DNA of 64,000 bases from Ramazzottius varieornatus (taxonomy: Eukaryota > Animalia > Tardigrada): NCBI GenBank assembly GCA_001949185.1, contig BDGG01000003.1, positions 3,455,158 to 3,519,157 of the forward strand. Reading direction: 5' to 3'. The notes under the pieces are model-generated. The model saw nothing but the letters and a program-made list of their open reading frames with translations, was not told where the DNA came from and did not search any database. A program made the position numbers and the translations under genes. Within the stretch, counting starts at the first letter, position 1; each line of letters starts with the position of its first letter. Positions 40,330 to 51,863 of this stretch are shown here, piece by piece.

Positions 40330-40618
40330 TACTTGTAACAAGAATCACCTGCCCGTGCCGCCGTAGCGAAAGGGCCTTGCCCGTAATTTTTACTGGCCCG
40401 TAATATTTCATCGTGCGTGTACCGAATCTAGTAGTCAATCTGCCCGGCGTTAGCGGGGTTTATGCTGCGGTGATCAATTGGCCACCTAAAAGTTTTTCTG
40501 TCAGACTCTCAGACTACCCGCGTTCCTGAACCCTTGACTTGATCCCTGACTCTTTGTGAATCTTCCTTGTCCTATATCTTCTCTTTGGAGGTATTCCAGG
40601 AGTGGAAGAAACTGCAGT

Positions 40619-42479
40619 ATGGATCTTACCGATCGCAAACGCAAGAACGAGGATGACGACCAGCTTTCCCCCTCGAAGAAGACGCTGACCGACGAAGCTG
40701 CTTTAGATTTGGACCGACAAGCACCAGATGTGGAAATGAAGTTAACCAACGGGACAAATGGTCATGTTGAAGAAGGCGCGGATCAAGAAGAACCCTCGTC
40801 TCCGGAGCTGATCCTGGATCTTGCCAAAATCCCCGATGAGTTCAAAGCGAATGGTCTGAACATTATCAAGATGCGCATCGTTCACGAGGATGGAATCAGC
40901 GCCTCAAATACCAAAGATTTCAAGCCACTCTTCGTCTACCAGTTTTTTGCAGAACCTCGAGACGAAGCAGATGTACGGCGCGAAGAAGAGGAGGCTTTGC
41001 AGGTCGAACAAGGTAACGGCGATGGCGGCAGTGAGGATGGTGAAGATGGTGCTGTTATTGAGCAAGGTACTGTACGATCAGTCTAATTAGATTTCCTCCT
41101 TCGTGCGTCTGACAGGGTGTCACTCATTGCAGATGAAGATACGAGTGATGCCACAGAAGGTTTGATTGTCGGTTTCAAAAACTTGAAGGTGGAGTTGTAC
41201 TTCACGCCCGTCGGACTCAAGCCGTACATCGTTGAAAGCAGCTCCGAACTGTTGCCGCCAGATCAACGTAGCGTCCAAGACATCGTGAAAGCTGTAGAAG
41301 AAGGCTATGGTGAGCAAGAAGTAATGAAAACAGAAGAGACGTTCTTGCAGGCAGTCAAGAAAGAACAGAACTTCCAGCCGTTCGGAACGAAGATTTGGTC
41401 GACGACGCAGAACGGAGGTGGGAAGAACGGGGTCGAAGTGTACGAAGTGGGCGCTGATTCCATAGGAAAAGGGTATCCAGACGGATTTTCAGAGTATCTG
41501 AAGGGAATTCAGCCTTTCCTAAAATGGTTCATTTACGCTTCTTCTATCATCACTGCTGAGCACACCAAATGGCTTCATTATTTCATGTATGAGAAGCCAA
41601 CTGAGAATACATTCCGTTTAGTCGGCTACTGCTCGGTCTATCGTTACACAGTGTGGCCGAAGAAGATCGACGACACTTCTGGACAGTTTGGCAATACTGT
41701 TTTCCGCTGTCGTATTGCTCAGTTCCTGATTCTACCGCCTTATCAGAAAGCCGGATATGGAACTCAATTGCTGCTGACCATCTTGAAGAACTTACAGCAA
41801 GTGGCGTACGAAATCACAGGTGAGACGTTGTCAAAACAATGGTGATTCCGAGATGGTCCAATAAGATGTTGGTTGTCATTTCAGTTGAGGAAGCTACTCC
41901 AGAATTCCAGCGCCTCTTCGACACCGCCACGACCTTCATGGTGAATCAGCACGTTACTGGACAAGACGGTGCCTCGGTAGGTTCAGATCTCACACAGTGG
42001 TATTCCCGACCTGCAATCAAGGATCTTCGGAAAAAGCTCAAGTTCTCACCTCGAACGCTGAAGCAGTGTCTGGATATTTTGGCTTGTCAGTCTGCTGATC
42101 GCGATGGAGCCTCCACCGTTCGACAGTTCCGAAACAGAATCCAGACCGAGTTGAAGAAGAAGATCGAGGTTAGTATTCATGTTGATTCATGTTGACTTAA
42201 TTTAATTGGAAACTTGGAAAGCATGGCAATATGTGATTGTAGAAAAACATCAAGGAGCATGAAAAGTCCTTGGAGCGCACGGTTCTTGGCTACTACTCTG
42301 TCGCTGAGGGTGATAAAGCGGAAGAAGACACCCTCAAGGCCTTGTGGAACGTTAACTTGAACGATCAGATCCAGAAAGAACAAACGATTTTGGAAACTGA
42401 CGAGCTGGACAGTATGGTCCGCAGCATTATGGACCGTTACCAGAAGGTCTCAAAGCGAATGGAAAACATTCGTTTTTGA
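40619..42479 (+). CDS. HAT1: Histone acetyltransferase type B catalytic subunit, 4 exons
   Basis: FKPLFVYQFF...GFKNLKVELYF, WLHYFMYEK, LVGYCSVYRY, GNAT motif A RIAQFLILPPYQKAGYGTQLL, and EIT|VEEATPEFQRL. Confidence 0.88.
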
Positions 42480-43447
42480 CACTTTTATTGGTGAAGCTGG
42501 TGATTATTTCTAAATTTCTTTTGAAGATGTATCGACGTACTGACATGCGGTTCAGCGGTTGGTTTTAATTGACTTTCCAAATGTTACTTCAACCTGTATG
42601 CTTGCTTGGACCCTGTCGCAAGGGTTTCTCTCAGATATTTTAGCGTAGTTTATATCTTCTATTTTCAGAGCTCTCCTTTTATTTTTAGTATTATGCTCAT
42701 GAATGTATGGAGTTTTAGCCGCTGTTAGCCAGCGCTACCGTATGGTCTGTATCAGAACCTGGCAGTATCGTAGGCCTTATCTCTTCATGATTATAAAATA
42801 ATCTTCCGTGTCTCGTCCAGGTTCCAGCAGGTCGCCGACTCATCCGGCTAGTAGCTAGTCCCCGCCACCTTGCTGCGTCCCAGTATCTTTCAAGTCGGTG
42901 AAAGGACCGTCTGCTCGCACTGGTAGCTAGGAGTTGCAGCAGCTGTGAGGAGTGAACATGTACGCTGAGGCAGCGGGATTCGGGAAAGGGTAGCACTGTG
43001 GCAGTGACTGTCACTAGCACCAGCAGTGCATACCACAGGAACCCTTCGAATGATTGGTCGGTGCCCTTGATTCGACAAACAATGGGCGATAACTGGTGAC
43101 GTCAAGCTGTTGATTCTCATTGATCTGCCCCACTGCATTAATTTCACGTTTCACTCCCGTTTCATAATTCATAAGGTTCGATCTTTATTTTCGCGCAACG
43201 TCAAAGTCTCCGCGAGTCTGACCACAGATTGACCGCAGAAGATTTGTGAGGGTTTTGCTGCAGTACTGGATATCGATTCACTGGGAATATCCTGTTGTCG
43301 TTCTGGCGCTACCTAGTGAGGAGAACCGATCAGACATGAGTGTTCGTAGCGAATGTTCCGTGAATGATCGAACAATTATCGCTTTTATGTCTTTGTTCTA
43401 GGTCAACGAGTCGTCGACAAGTAATCGGTTTAGTTCTACTGTCCAGA

Positions 43448-46400
43448 ATGTCGGGAATTCAGGATACCCGCCAGGATAAACGGAAATCTTTAACGTCGAG
43501 AAAGGAAGAAGACGAAGAAGATGATTCACACTTGTCGCTGCCTTCGGACGATGAGTTTTCGGATTCTGCTGACTCAGAAGAAGATCCCGACTTGGCATCG
43601 GAAACGCAAGACATTGAACCAGCGGACAACACCAGCAAGTCCCCAGTGAGGAACAAAACATCGGGACCTCGACGCTCTAAGCGTAGCAATTTCGGTAATC
43701 GTTATGAGCAGGCCATATCGAAAGAAAAGGAAGATGCAACGGGCGTTCCTGTTCGTAACGTTAACGGACTACTCGGTAATCACCAATCAAATGGGAGCTG
43801 GCAAACAAAACGTACAAGATCGTTATCTTCAGTGGCGCACCCGGCTATTCAGGAACAATGAAAACTTGCGCCACTTGAGATAAGAATCTTCTATGTCTTG
43901 TTTGCCCAGCTCCGAAAAAAGTAAAGTGACGGATTTGTCGCACACGTTCTTACTGAGTAAGGAACTCAAGTTCACGCTGTTGTGTATTTAAGGTGGGGAG
44001 AATGATTGGGGTGATGACGACGACGAATCAGAGGAGGACGACACCGACTTCAATCCGGAAGCTTTCCAGAATGGCAAGACGGACAAGCACGACGGGACTG
44101 ACAACGACAGTGCAAGTTCCAGTTCGGAAGACGACGAACCCAACGGAGGAAACAGCAAGATCGAACAGGAAGTCAAGAGGCCAGCTCGTGGGCGGAAAGA
44201 ACTCTTGTCCTCCATGATGGAGCAGAAGAGGTCCATCGACGAAATGCTCAACGATTTGGCCAGCAGTTCAAGTAAGTACTCGTACCGTCACATTTATGGT
44301 CCATCTAGAGTAAGTTTGTATTCTGTTTTAGGTCTCGATGGTGTCAAGATATGCTGTATCTGCTTGTGGGACGAGTACGATGTGGAAGCTGATGCAGTGG
44401 TACAATGTGATTCCTGTGGAGTTCCCGTCCACGAAGCGTGTTATGGCGTCCTAGGGAAAGAGCTGGAAGAAGTTCACGCTGAGAACTCGGATGCTCAGTC
44501 GAGCACGGAAACTATGCCATGGTTCTGTGATCCTTGTCGGTTTGGACAACGCGACCCAGTCTGCGTGGCTTGTCCGAATCGATTCGGCGCCTTCAAGCAA
44601 ACTGTCAAGGTATCGAATTTTCTCGAATACTAGTTGGAAGGCCAGATAGGTGGAATGGGTACACTGCTGTTATTCTTAAGCGCCGCACGCTTCTGGCCAA
44701 TAACATCTGAAACGTGCGCCACTTGAGAAAGTAGTCCTTAAGAGTTTCGAGATCGTTTTCCCAGCGGGGCGCACGCTCTCAGCCGATAACAATCGAGCCG
44801 TGCGCGACTTGAGATGATGATCTTCTTCATTTCGTTTGCCGATCTCTCAGTCTCTCTTCCTGTCTGACTTCAACAATTGACATCACTTGTGGTGTTTCTT
44901 AGGGTGATTGGATACACAGCGTCTGCGCCCGGTACATCAAAGAGATTTATTTTCAAGACGAGAAGCGCGTCTCAGACGTCGTTACTTCCTCAGTCCCACA
45001 TTCGCGTTGGGCCGACCGTCCTTGCATAGTCTGCGAAGATGTCTATGCCAAGAACGCAGGTATCACGATCCAGTGTGAGACCGGTATGTGTAAGAAGGCC
45101 TTGCACGCCACATGTGCCATGTTAGTCGGGTCCGCCGCCGAGATCGAACAAGAACTCGGCTACCCTCTAGCCGTGTACTGTCCCGACCACATGATCAAGG
45201 AAGACAAAGTCAGTAACAGACGGTGCTTCCTAGCCTCACTAGGTATACAACGTAAACACCAATATGCACTCGAGAACATCGATGAGACTGAACGAGAAAG
45301 GCTGGCGATAGCCGAGAAGAAACAGCGAGAAATGTATTTAAAGTCCCGCGGAGAGAGTCACCCTGAATTGAAACCGTCAGTGAGGCCTCTTCATTCAGCT
45401 CACTCCTTGATTATGAAGGGACATGAGCGTAGTGAGGCGCTGGGACATTTTTCGAAACCGGTGGTCAACCCGAATCCTTCCCTTGAGAACCTGCATTTCG
45501 CACGACCTGACTTCCGGCCAGAGTTCGTAGCGTATGTGCATAAAAGAGAAAAGATGATTGTGGACTACTTGGAACGACTCGAAGTTGCTCAGAACAAACG
45601 CAAACAGCTTTCTGTCCCAAAGAATCCGGTGGTGGTTAACAAGTCAAAGTCGACACTGAAACGGAAGCTGGTTGAGTTGAAAGCCACACAGGGATCGATC
45701 GCGACTTTGCTGACCACGTTCTCGCGGTACGTGGATAAGAAATTCCTCCCGGAGAAGACTTCTCCGGAACTGGGTGATGATGCGGAAGGTGTGACGAATG
45801 GCGGTTCGGGACTTTCGAGTGCTCGAGCTAAGCTGGTGGTCTGTAAGGCATGTTCGAGCTCCAGCTTCCCACAGAGAATGGTGCAGTGTGATGATTGCCG
45901 AGCGAGGTTCCATCTCAAGTGTTTGGACCCACCGTTGACAACCATGCCCAACCGACGACATAAAGGTACGCGAAATTTCGGAATACACAGATTGATTTCC
46001 GAGATACTATAAACCTGACAAACACTTTTTGAGACAGAACAAAATCTTTCCAAATACCGAATAAAAAGGAAAACGTTTCTCTCCAAGATTTGGAAGCTCG
46101 ACATACTAACTCGACAACATCGTCCTTCCCAAGTGGCGCACGTTATCGGTGTTTTTAACCGATAGTGTGCGCCACTTGGGAAACTTGACTTTGCAAAGTA
46201 CTAGATTCTTTGCCCAGCTCTCATTTATCCTTACTTCGAATGTAAAAAGAGGTTTGTCTTTTAGGTGTGAAGTGGCAGTGTTCAGACTGCGCACCAACCG
46301 ACGAGGACTCCGAAGAAGGAAGTGCCGAGGCTGATGCGACCGAAGGTCGCAAGCGACGCAGTCTTCAAGGCAAGAACCCGTTGCGTGAAAAGAGAGACGA

Positions 46401-46892
46401 AGTGATCGCGCCACCTCCGCTTCTACCCGGACAGAAGCGCCGAGGTCGCAAACCCGGTTTCCGTCCTCAGAAGAAAGTCAGACCAGAAGAGCCCCAACGA
46501 GAAGATGCCTTCGCTAAACAAGAGCCTGGATCTGACACTCTCACTGCCAACTCGCAGGGCTTGCCAAGTTCACAGACTTCGAAGGGATCCAAAGGACGGA
46601 AGAGGATCGTGGAGGAAGACAAGTTCGGGACCTGTGTCCAGTGCAAAGTGGACTGCTCGAACAAGAACGCTGTCGAGTGTGACCAGTGCCACGACTGGTA
46701 CCACTTTGCTACTTGCCTTAATCCACCTTGTAAGTACAACGACAACTCTTGCAATACTTCGGTGTTACAGCTGTGATAAATTTTTGATTTGGCTTTGTAG
46801 GTACCAAGTCGCCTCGTCGAAAGTTTTACGATTGGATCTGTGAAGAATGCTCCGACATAGGAAACGATGAAGCGGCTGAGATCTCCGACTAG
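43448..46892 (+). CDS. PHF14: PHD finger protein 14-like (PHD, extended PHD, coiled coil, two further PHD fingers); start uncertain
   Basis: Acidic N-terminus, CCICL...VQCDSCGVPVHEACYG...SSTETMPWFCDPC, CPNRFGAFKQT|...WIHSVCARY, EFVAYVHKRE, CDDCRARFHLKCLDPPL...WQCSDC, and CDQCHDWYHF. Stop TAG at 46890-46892. Confidence 0.85.
43793..43914. mobile_element. Palindromic MITE-like element, copy 11 (PHF14 intron 43695-43992)
   Basis: GGGAGCTGGCAAACAAAACGTACAAGATCG...AGTGGCGCAC-N25-TTGCGCCACTTGAG...TGTTTGCCCAGCTCCG. Confidence 0.87.
44636..44848. mobile_element. Tandem dimer of the palindromic element, copies 12a/12b (PHF14 intron 44610-44902)
   Basis: Two consecutive core-N25-core units (~44678-44727 and ~44762-44813) within one pair of outer ends; flanks AGTT/AGTC. 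Confidence 0.8.
46092..46222. mobile_element. Palindromic MITE-like element, copy 13 (PHF14 intron 45966-46264)
   Basis: TTCCCAAGTGGCGCAC-N25-GTGCGCCACTTGGGAA, a perfect 16-bp inverted core; perfect ATTT TSD. Confidence 0.87.
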
Positions 46893-47384
46893 ATATCTTT
46901 TTTAATCTTTGCAGTTTTATGATCACACAGTTTTGTTTCGATAGCGCCGATAAGAGATTCTTTGCAGCAAAAGGCAATTTTGATTTATTGATAACTAATT
47001 TAACGAACTGGAAACGAGTTTCATGATGGCACAGAAATTCCAGGCTGATGCAGACGTCCTTAATGTTCCACTGTACGTTTCTCTAGTAAAGAAGAGAAGA
47101 TAATGTGCGAGGCTCGTACGAGTTTGTTAAAACGACAAAGGTTCATGCGAAAGCAAACATCGGACGTATCGACTAATTGTAAAAGAGAGCACTGCAAATA
47201 GGTAGCAAAACGCAAAAAATTAACAGATAAAAAAGTCACGAACAAAAAATTGGTCATACATTTTAGACACGATCTGCGCACTCTTCAGCTGCCAAACAAC
47301 TTCACCCACTCATCTCGATAAGAAAGAGATACGATGAAATGTACGCAAAGCCATGACGGTCGGATGCGGATATTGAAAGATGGA

Positions 47385-50300
47385 TTACAAAAGCTCTACA
47401 TAGTTAGCGGGAAACAGTCCGTATTCTCCTCTGGGCGTCATTCCTTGCCACCATCCTAAAGCGATCTTCTACTTCAGAACATAACCCTCAACGAAGTTAG
47501 CGACAGATGGGTGAAGGCAGAGAAACATACCGGGATCGATCTGGTCGATGTTGGTGATAATCTCCCCCGGGTCGAACGAGATTTCAGTGTCGTCTCCTGG
47601 AATCAAGCGCCATCGTCTTTCAGGTTTCCCGGACTATATCACTTTTTACACAAGAAGACGTGTCGGAATGCTTCCTTGTTACCTGCTTGATAGTCGTACA
47701 AAGCTCGAGCGCGCACCGTCTTGCTCGTCTCGGCGACGCTGGAAGCGGCGGTAGGTGAGGTCTTGGTCGGCGCAACATGGTGCGAGTTCTCGTCAGCTAA
47801 AGAACGAGATTAGTATTCATTACCCAGGTCCAATCGAACGGAAAATCATTTCTTAGAGTAAGTGGGCCCAATACGTACCTCCCCATTCATCATCTTCCGC
47901 TTCGTCATCACTTGGTGGGCGAAGTGGCAAACCTGACTTCCAAGCATTCATAGCTGGCGGCGACGTCGTTGTCACTGGTGGTGAGACTGGCAGATCTCGC
48001 TCTTGCGTCACATGCTCGACAACCGAAGTCCTCTGTTCTTCCTCATATGAATTTTCTGTAGGCGAGGCGACTCTCAGCTTCTCCTGGAAAGCGCTGTTCA
48101 CGTTATGAGCAGGCGCCGAAGGCAGCACGGCATCCACACAATCACTACAAGCAAACTCAACACAAATTGATTCATTGATTCTTGCTCTTCAACCAAGTTA
48201 GCTTACTGTTTGGTCAATTCGTCCGCCACATGTCTTCGTTCCTCCTCGTCCGCTTCGGCTTTCCGATTCGGGTGATGCGGATGCGAACTCCCATGATACT
48301 GCGGAAATTCGACATCAGGAGATCGTGGGCTCTTCGGAGCTGCTACTGTGGACGCTGTGAGGCTCGTTGGACTCTTCATGTACGGTGCTCGAGGCTTCTC
48401 TTGTACAGGTGACTCGTCTTGCTGGAAGAACATACTTCTGGCAGAAGCAGTCTTTGTTCCGCGGTTCGTGATTAGTGCGGCAGCCTCTTGGGCACGTTCT
48501 TGCTTCAGTTTTTCAGCTCGTTTCCGGCGCTCTTCCTCTTCGATCTGACTTTCTCGTTGGGCCTCCTCCCATTTCCGCTTTTCTTCTTCACGACGCGCCA
48601 CTAGCTCAGGGTCTTCGGCCTTCTTACTGGCACTTTGCTTTCTGTCACTCATGGTTTGCCTATTAATCACCACCCAAATTAAGCGTCAGTGTCATTTGGG
48701 AAGACGGCAAACGATTTCATCCGCCTCCAGCGGCGCACGTTTTCTTTGCAACCAGATGATCGCGTGCGCCACTTGGGAAAACGATATGGCTGAACTCGTC
48801 TGCCGACAGCCCATTTAGAATCGATTCTAACTTCTAAAAATTATCTCAACAAAGCCAGCTTTTCGAATTTACCCTATGGTCTGAAAGACGCCTTCCGACT
48901 CTGTCGACTTCTTCTTATGCGTAAGACTGGCCAGTTCGCGCAAGCGTTCTTGTCGTAATGCCTCGCTCCTCAGTCGTCGTTCCCTTTCATCATTCTCCGA
49001 GTCCTTCTGTTGCTCCTCGAACTTTCGTCGCTCTGCATCACGGTACGAGTCCATCGCTATGTCACGTCCTGCCGACATATTTACCGATGTCTGAGACTTT
49101 GACGCTTGATTGCCAGTCGAATGACTAATCCGTCTAAACCAACAAACACGGTAAGGATATCATGCTTTACTTCTATGAATGGGGCGTGTGTACGTTTATA
49201 CGCACTGGCCGGGCTTGTTCGGCATGACTGCTTCTTCTTGGTTCGCCCGACCGGATATGAGATCCTGCGCCTCTTTCATCCGTTCTTGACGCATCTTCTC
49301 CGCTTTTAAGCGACGCTCCTTCTCATCATCCATACCATCTTGCTGTGCATGCTCGAACCGCTTTCTCTCGTCTTCGGCCCGTTTCTTTGCTAGCGGATCG
49401 ACTTGAGTCTTCACTAAACCGCTGTGAAAAGAAATACAGTTTACCACGATGATCTTAAGAAAGAAAAACCGGGCTGATGACCCACGTGGGTAATGCGGGA
49501 CGAGAAAAGCTCTGGTTTGGGACAGGAACTTCGCGGTCCTTGAAGAACTTCGAAGTTCCATTGGTAGCTTTCTTCGGCAGTGAGTCGCCGTTACTCTGGC
49601 TCTCTTTCTGCGACTCCTCCCATTGCTTTCTTTGCGCGTTCACGTAGTTGGGCTTCAGAGTAGACCCTGAAGCTGTTGCAGATACGTCACCTAGCCGGGC
49701 AGGCTTCGGGGGGACCACCGAAGGCCGGCTCGGGGACGACTGAGTTGTTTGGTTCGACTGGCCATCGTTGCGTTCCTGATCTTGCCAAAACTTTTCTCGT
49801 TCCTTCGCGACCGACATTTCAACACTGGGCACAATCTTCTTGTACACCGAACCGACTGGAGCTGGAGGAGGTGAACTGCTCCGTTGGCTGGGCATATCGA
49901 AATCGAACTTGGAAGCCGACGCGTTAGATACTTTGGCGAGAATCGCGGCGGGCTCCACTTCGTCTTCTGTCCTCGCAGTGATGGTCACATGCGTACCCTA
50001 AAACATAAGTCCATATATACGTCAAACACCAGCTGGGAGTGTCGAAACTGTGAAACGGAGCCCGTTAACGATAACGAGCGTGACTCAAGGTAAATGCCGA
50101 TACTGAATACTACGTACTTTGAACAAGGCGGAAACCGGACGGATATGGTTAGAACAGATTCCTCTACGCGTATCTGGCGCACCTTCTCCTTGCTACAGAG
50201 AAAAATATCTCTTTGAGTCATCTCGTTACGAAATTCTAACACCGCGATATGGAAGTTCCTCGAGCAACTTTGAAATAGTTGAGCGAGTGATTAGGACCTA

Positions 50301-51012
50301 GATGAACGAGTAGGTTAACGAAGAATACACAACGGACTTACCCAGACGATGAAGACGTATTTGAAGAGCGTGGTTTTTGTGTCTTTCACTCTGCAGAACG
50401 CGTACATGCAAGAACCCGTACTGTAACATAAATACATAGCTAAGTATCATGTTGACGAGCACGACCCTATTTCGATAACGGTGATACGGTCTGAAGTGTC
50501 ATTCGATACAGATGGCCGATTATCAATACGGCCGTGATTGTGCTACGTAAATAGAGCACACTTCACACTTGAACAGCACCAGAGGCTAAGGTAACTGCTC
50601 GAGTGCTTCCAACACGAGAATCCCATGTTACCTCAAGTGTTCCGCCATCTCTTCCAGATCTCCATCTAAAGGACACACAGCGTATCAATCGACGGATGCC
50701 GAGAACAAGGAATGTAGGGCAGAAACGTCAATCGATTACGTACCTCCGACAGCCACGACATGGAGCGTGTTGCTTTGACCTTCATAGCCAACTACTGCCC
50801 TGAAACCAACAGACAAATCTGGTCAGTGGGAAGCTTTGGTCCTTCCTCTCATCCCGAAAAATTCGCATTCAGTCCCATGAGCAATCAGGTAGTTACAAAA
50901 TACGTACGTATATAACATGACAGAGAACATACCAGTTTACTGAGGAAGTATCGACCACTTGCTGGGCTGCACGCCGTAGCTCCTCTTCGTGCTTGGATAA
51001 GTTTAGCGCCAT
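47385..51012 (-). CDS. DBNL: Drebrin-like protein / Abp1 (ADF-H domain, charged helical repeats, SH3)
   Basis: Start MALNLSKHEEEL; ADF-H segments (YAFCRVKDTKTTLFKYVFIVW, VTITARTEDEVEP); YKKIVPSVEMSVAKEREKFW; SH3 ARALYDYQA|GDDTEISFDPGEIITNIDQIDP...CFPANYVELL. Confidence 0.9.
48698..48812. mobile_element. Palindromic MITE-like element, copy 14 (DBNL intron 48660-48872)
   Basis: GGGAAGACGGCAAACG...CAGCGGCGCAC-N25-GTGCGCCACTTGGGAAAACGAT...TGCCGACAGCCC; perfect ATTT TSD. Confidence 0.85.
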
Positions 51013-51451
51013 ATTACTCTGTGAAGACGGTGTCCAGGCTAGGTGGACAACAGAACAAGCATGCGATCGACCCGGCCGACAAGAAAACGTCTGCAAATTG
51101 TGGAAATAGTCGCGTAGATGGCCTATACCAACCTCGGTTCGCCAATCTCATTTCATGTGCGTCTAGCTCGTCCGACCTTTCACGAAGGTATGGCCATTAA
51201 CTCATTGCCCCAGGGGCAGAAAGGACGATGTCTCCACAAACCCAGGGATCCACCGTCCTGTCCCTCCCGGCCCCCGGGTGATTGCATCTGGTTCATTAAC
51301 TTCATTAAGTTCATTTGGATGGAACCGGCGGGTGGCGGCAACCGGCCGGGTCTACCGGCGTTAATTTTAGGTCAGACATTCAGAATTCACAAGACTACTG
51401 TACAGAGAAGAAGTGGGCTGTGGGCAAGATTCCTCAGAAGTCTGGGGTCAT

Positions 51452-51501
51452 NNNNNNNNNNNNNNNNNNNNNNNNNNNNNNNNNNNNNNNNNNNNNNNNN
51501 N
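51452..51501. other. Assembly gap (50 N)
   Basis: Run of 50 N. Confidence 0.99.
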
Positions 51502-51863
51502 AGCCCAAGTTTCCGCCCAGTCCAACATCCCTGTTTCCTGTATTCTGATCTTCCTAGAGTCGCGTTCTGCATTGATGTTTCACGGGGGATTTCTGGGACC
51601 TTTAATAAGTACGCAGTTGATGTTCAGTAGTGCGGACTAGTTCCTTCTGTGGTACTATCTCGTAATTAGCGGGCGATTTCAATCCTGCGCCAGCCAGGGT
51701 TTTTCGCAGGCGCTGGCTGCTCTCTTGTTCACAGACACGGATCATGCTTCTTCATTCCGACTTCTCAGCATCTTCCTAGTTGGAGTACCCTGAACTGTGG
51801 ACAGCCTGCTCGTTGGATATCTTTCGTAGTTCCCCAGTACTTTTGCTATAAGACGGAAGAAGT

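Larger units (their letters stand above)
37037..40419. mobile_element. Internally deleted pogo-like DNA transposon (outer element), ~40-bp TIRs, TA-flanked
   Basis: TA|CACGCACGATGAGATATTACGGGCTAGTTAAAATTACGGG at 37037, and its near-perfect reverse complement ending CATCGTGCGTG|TA at 40419. Subterminal ATTACGG repeats are present. Confidence 0.8.

Noticed and set aside
37452-40403. Duplicated ORFs MGGLVCSVRTIKK (37452-37760 and 40122-40403)
   Set aside because: They are translations of the two TIRs from a GTG start, not genes.
42715-43147. Short ORFs between HAT1 and PHF14, and at 55724-56062 and 5444-5686
   Set aside because: No recognisable domains or convincing exon structure; they overlap likely UTR or promoter DNA.
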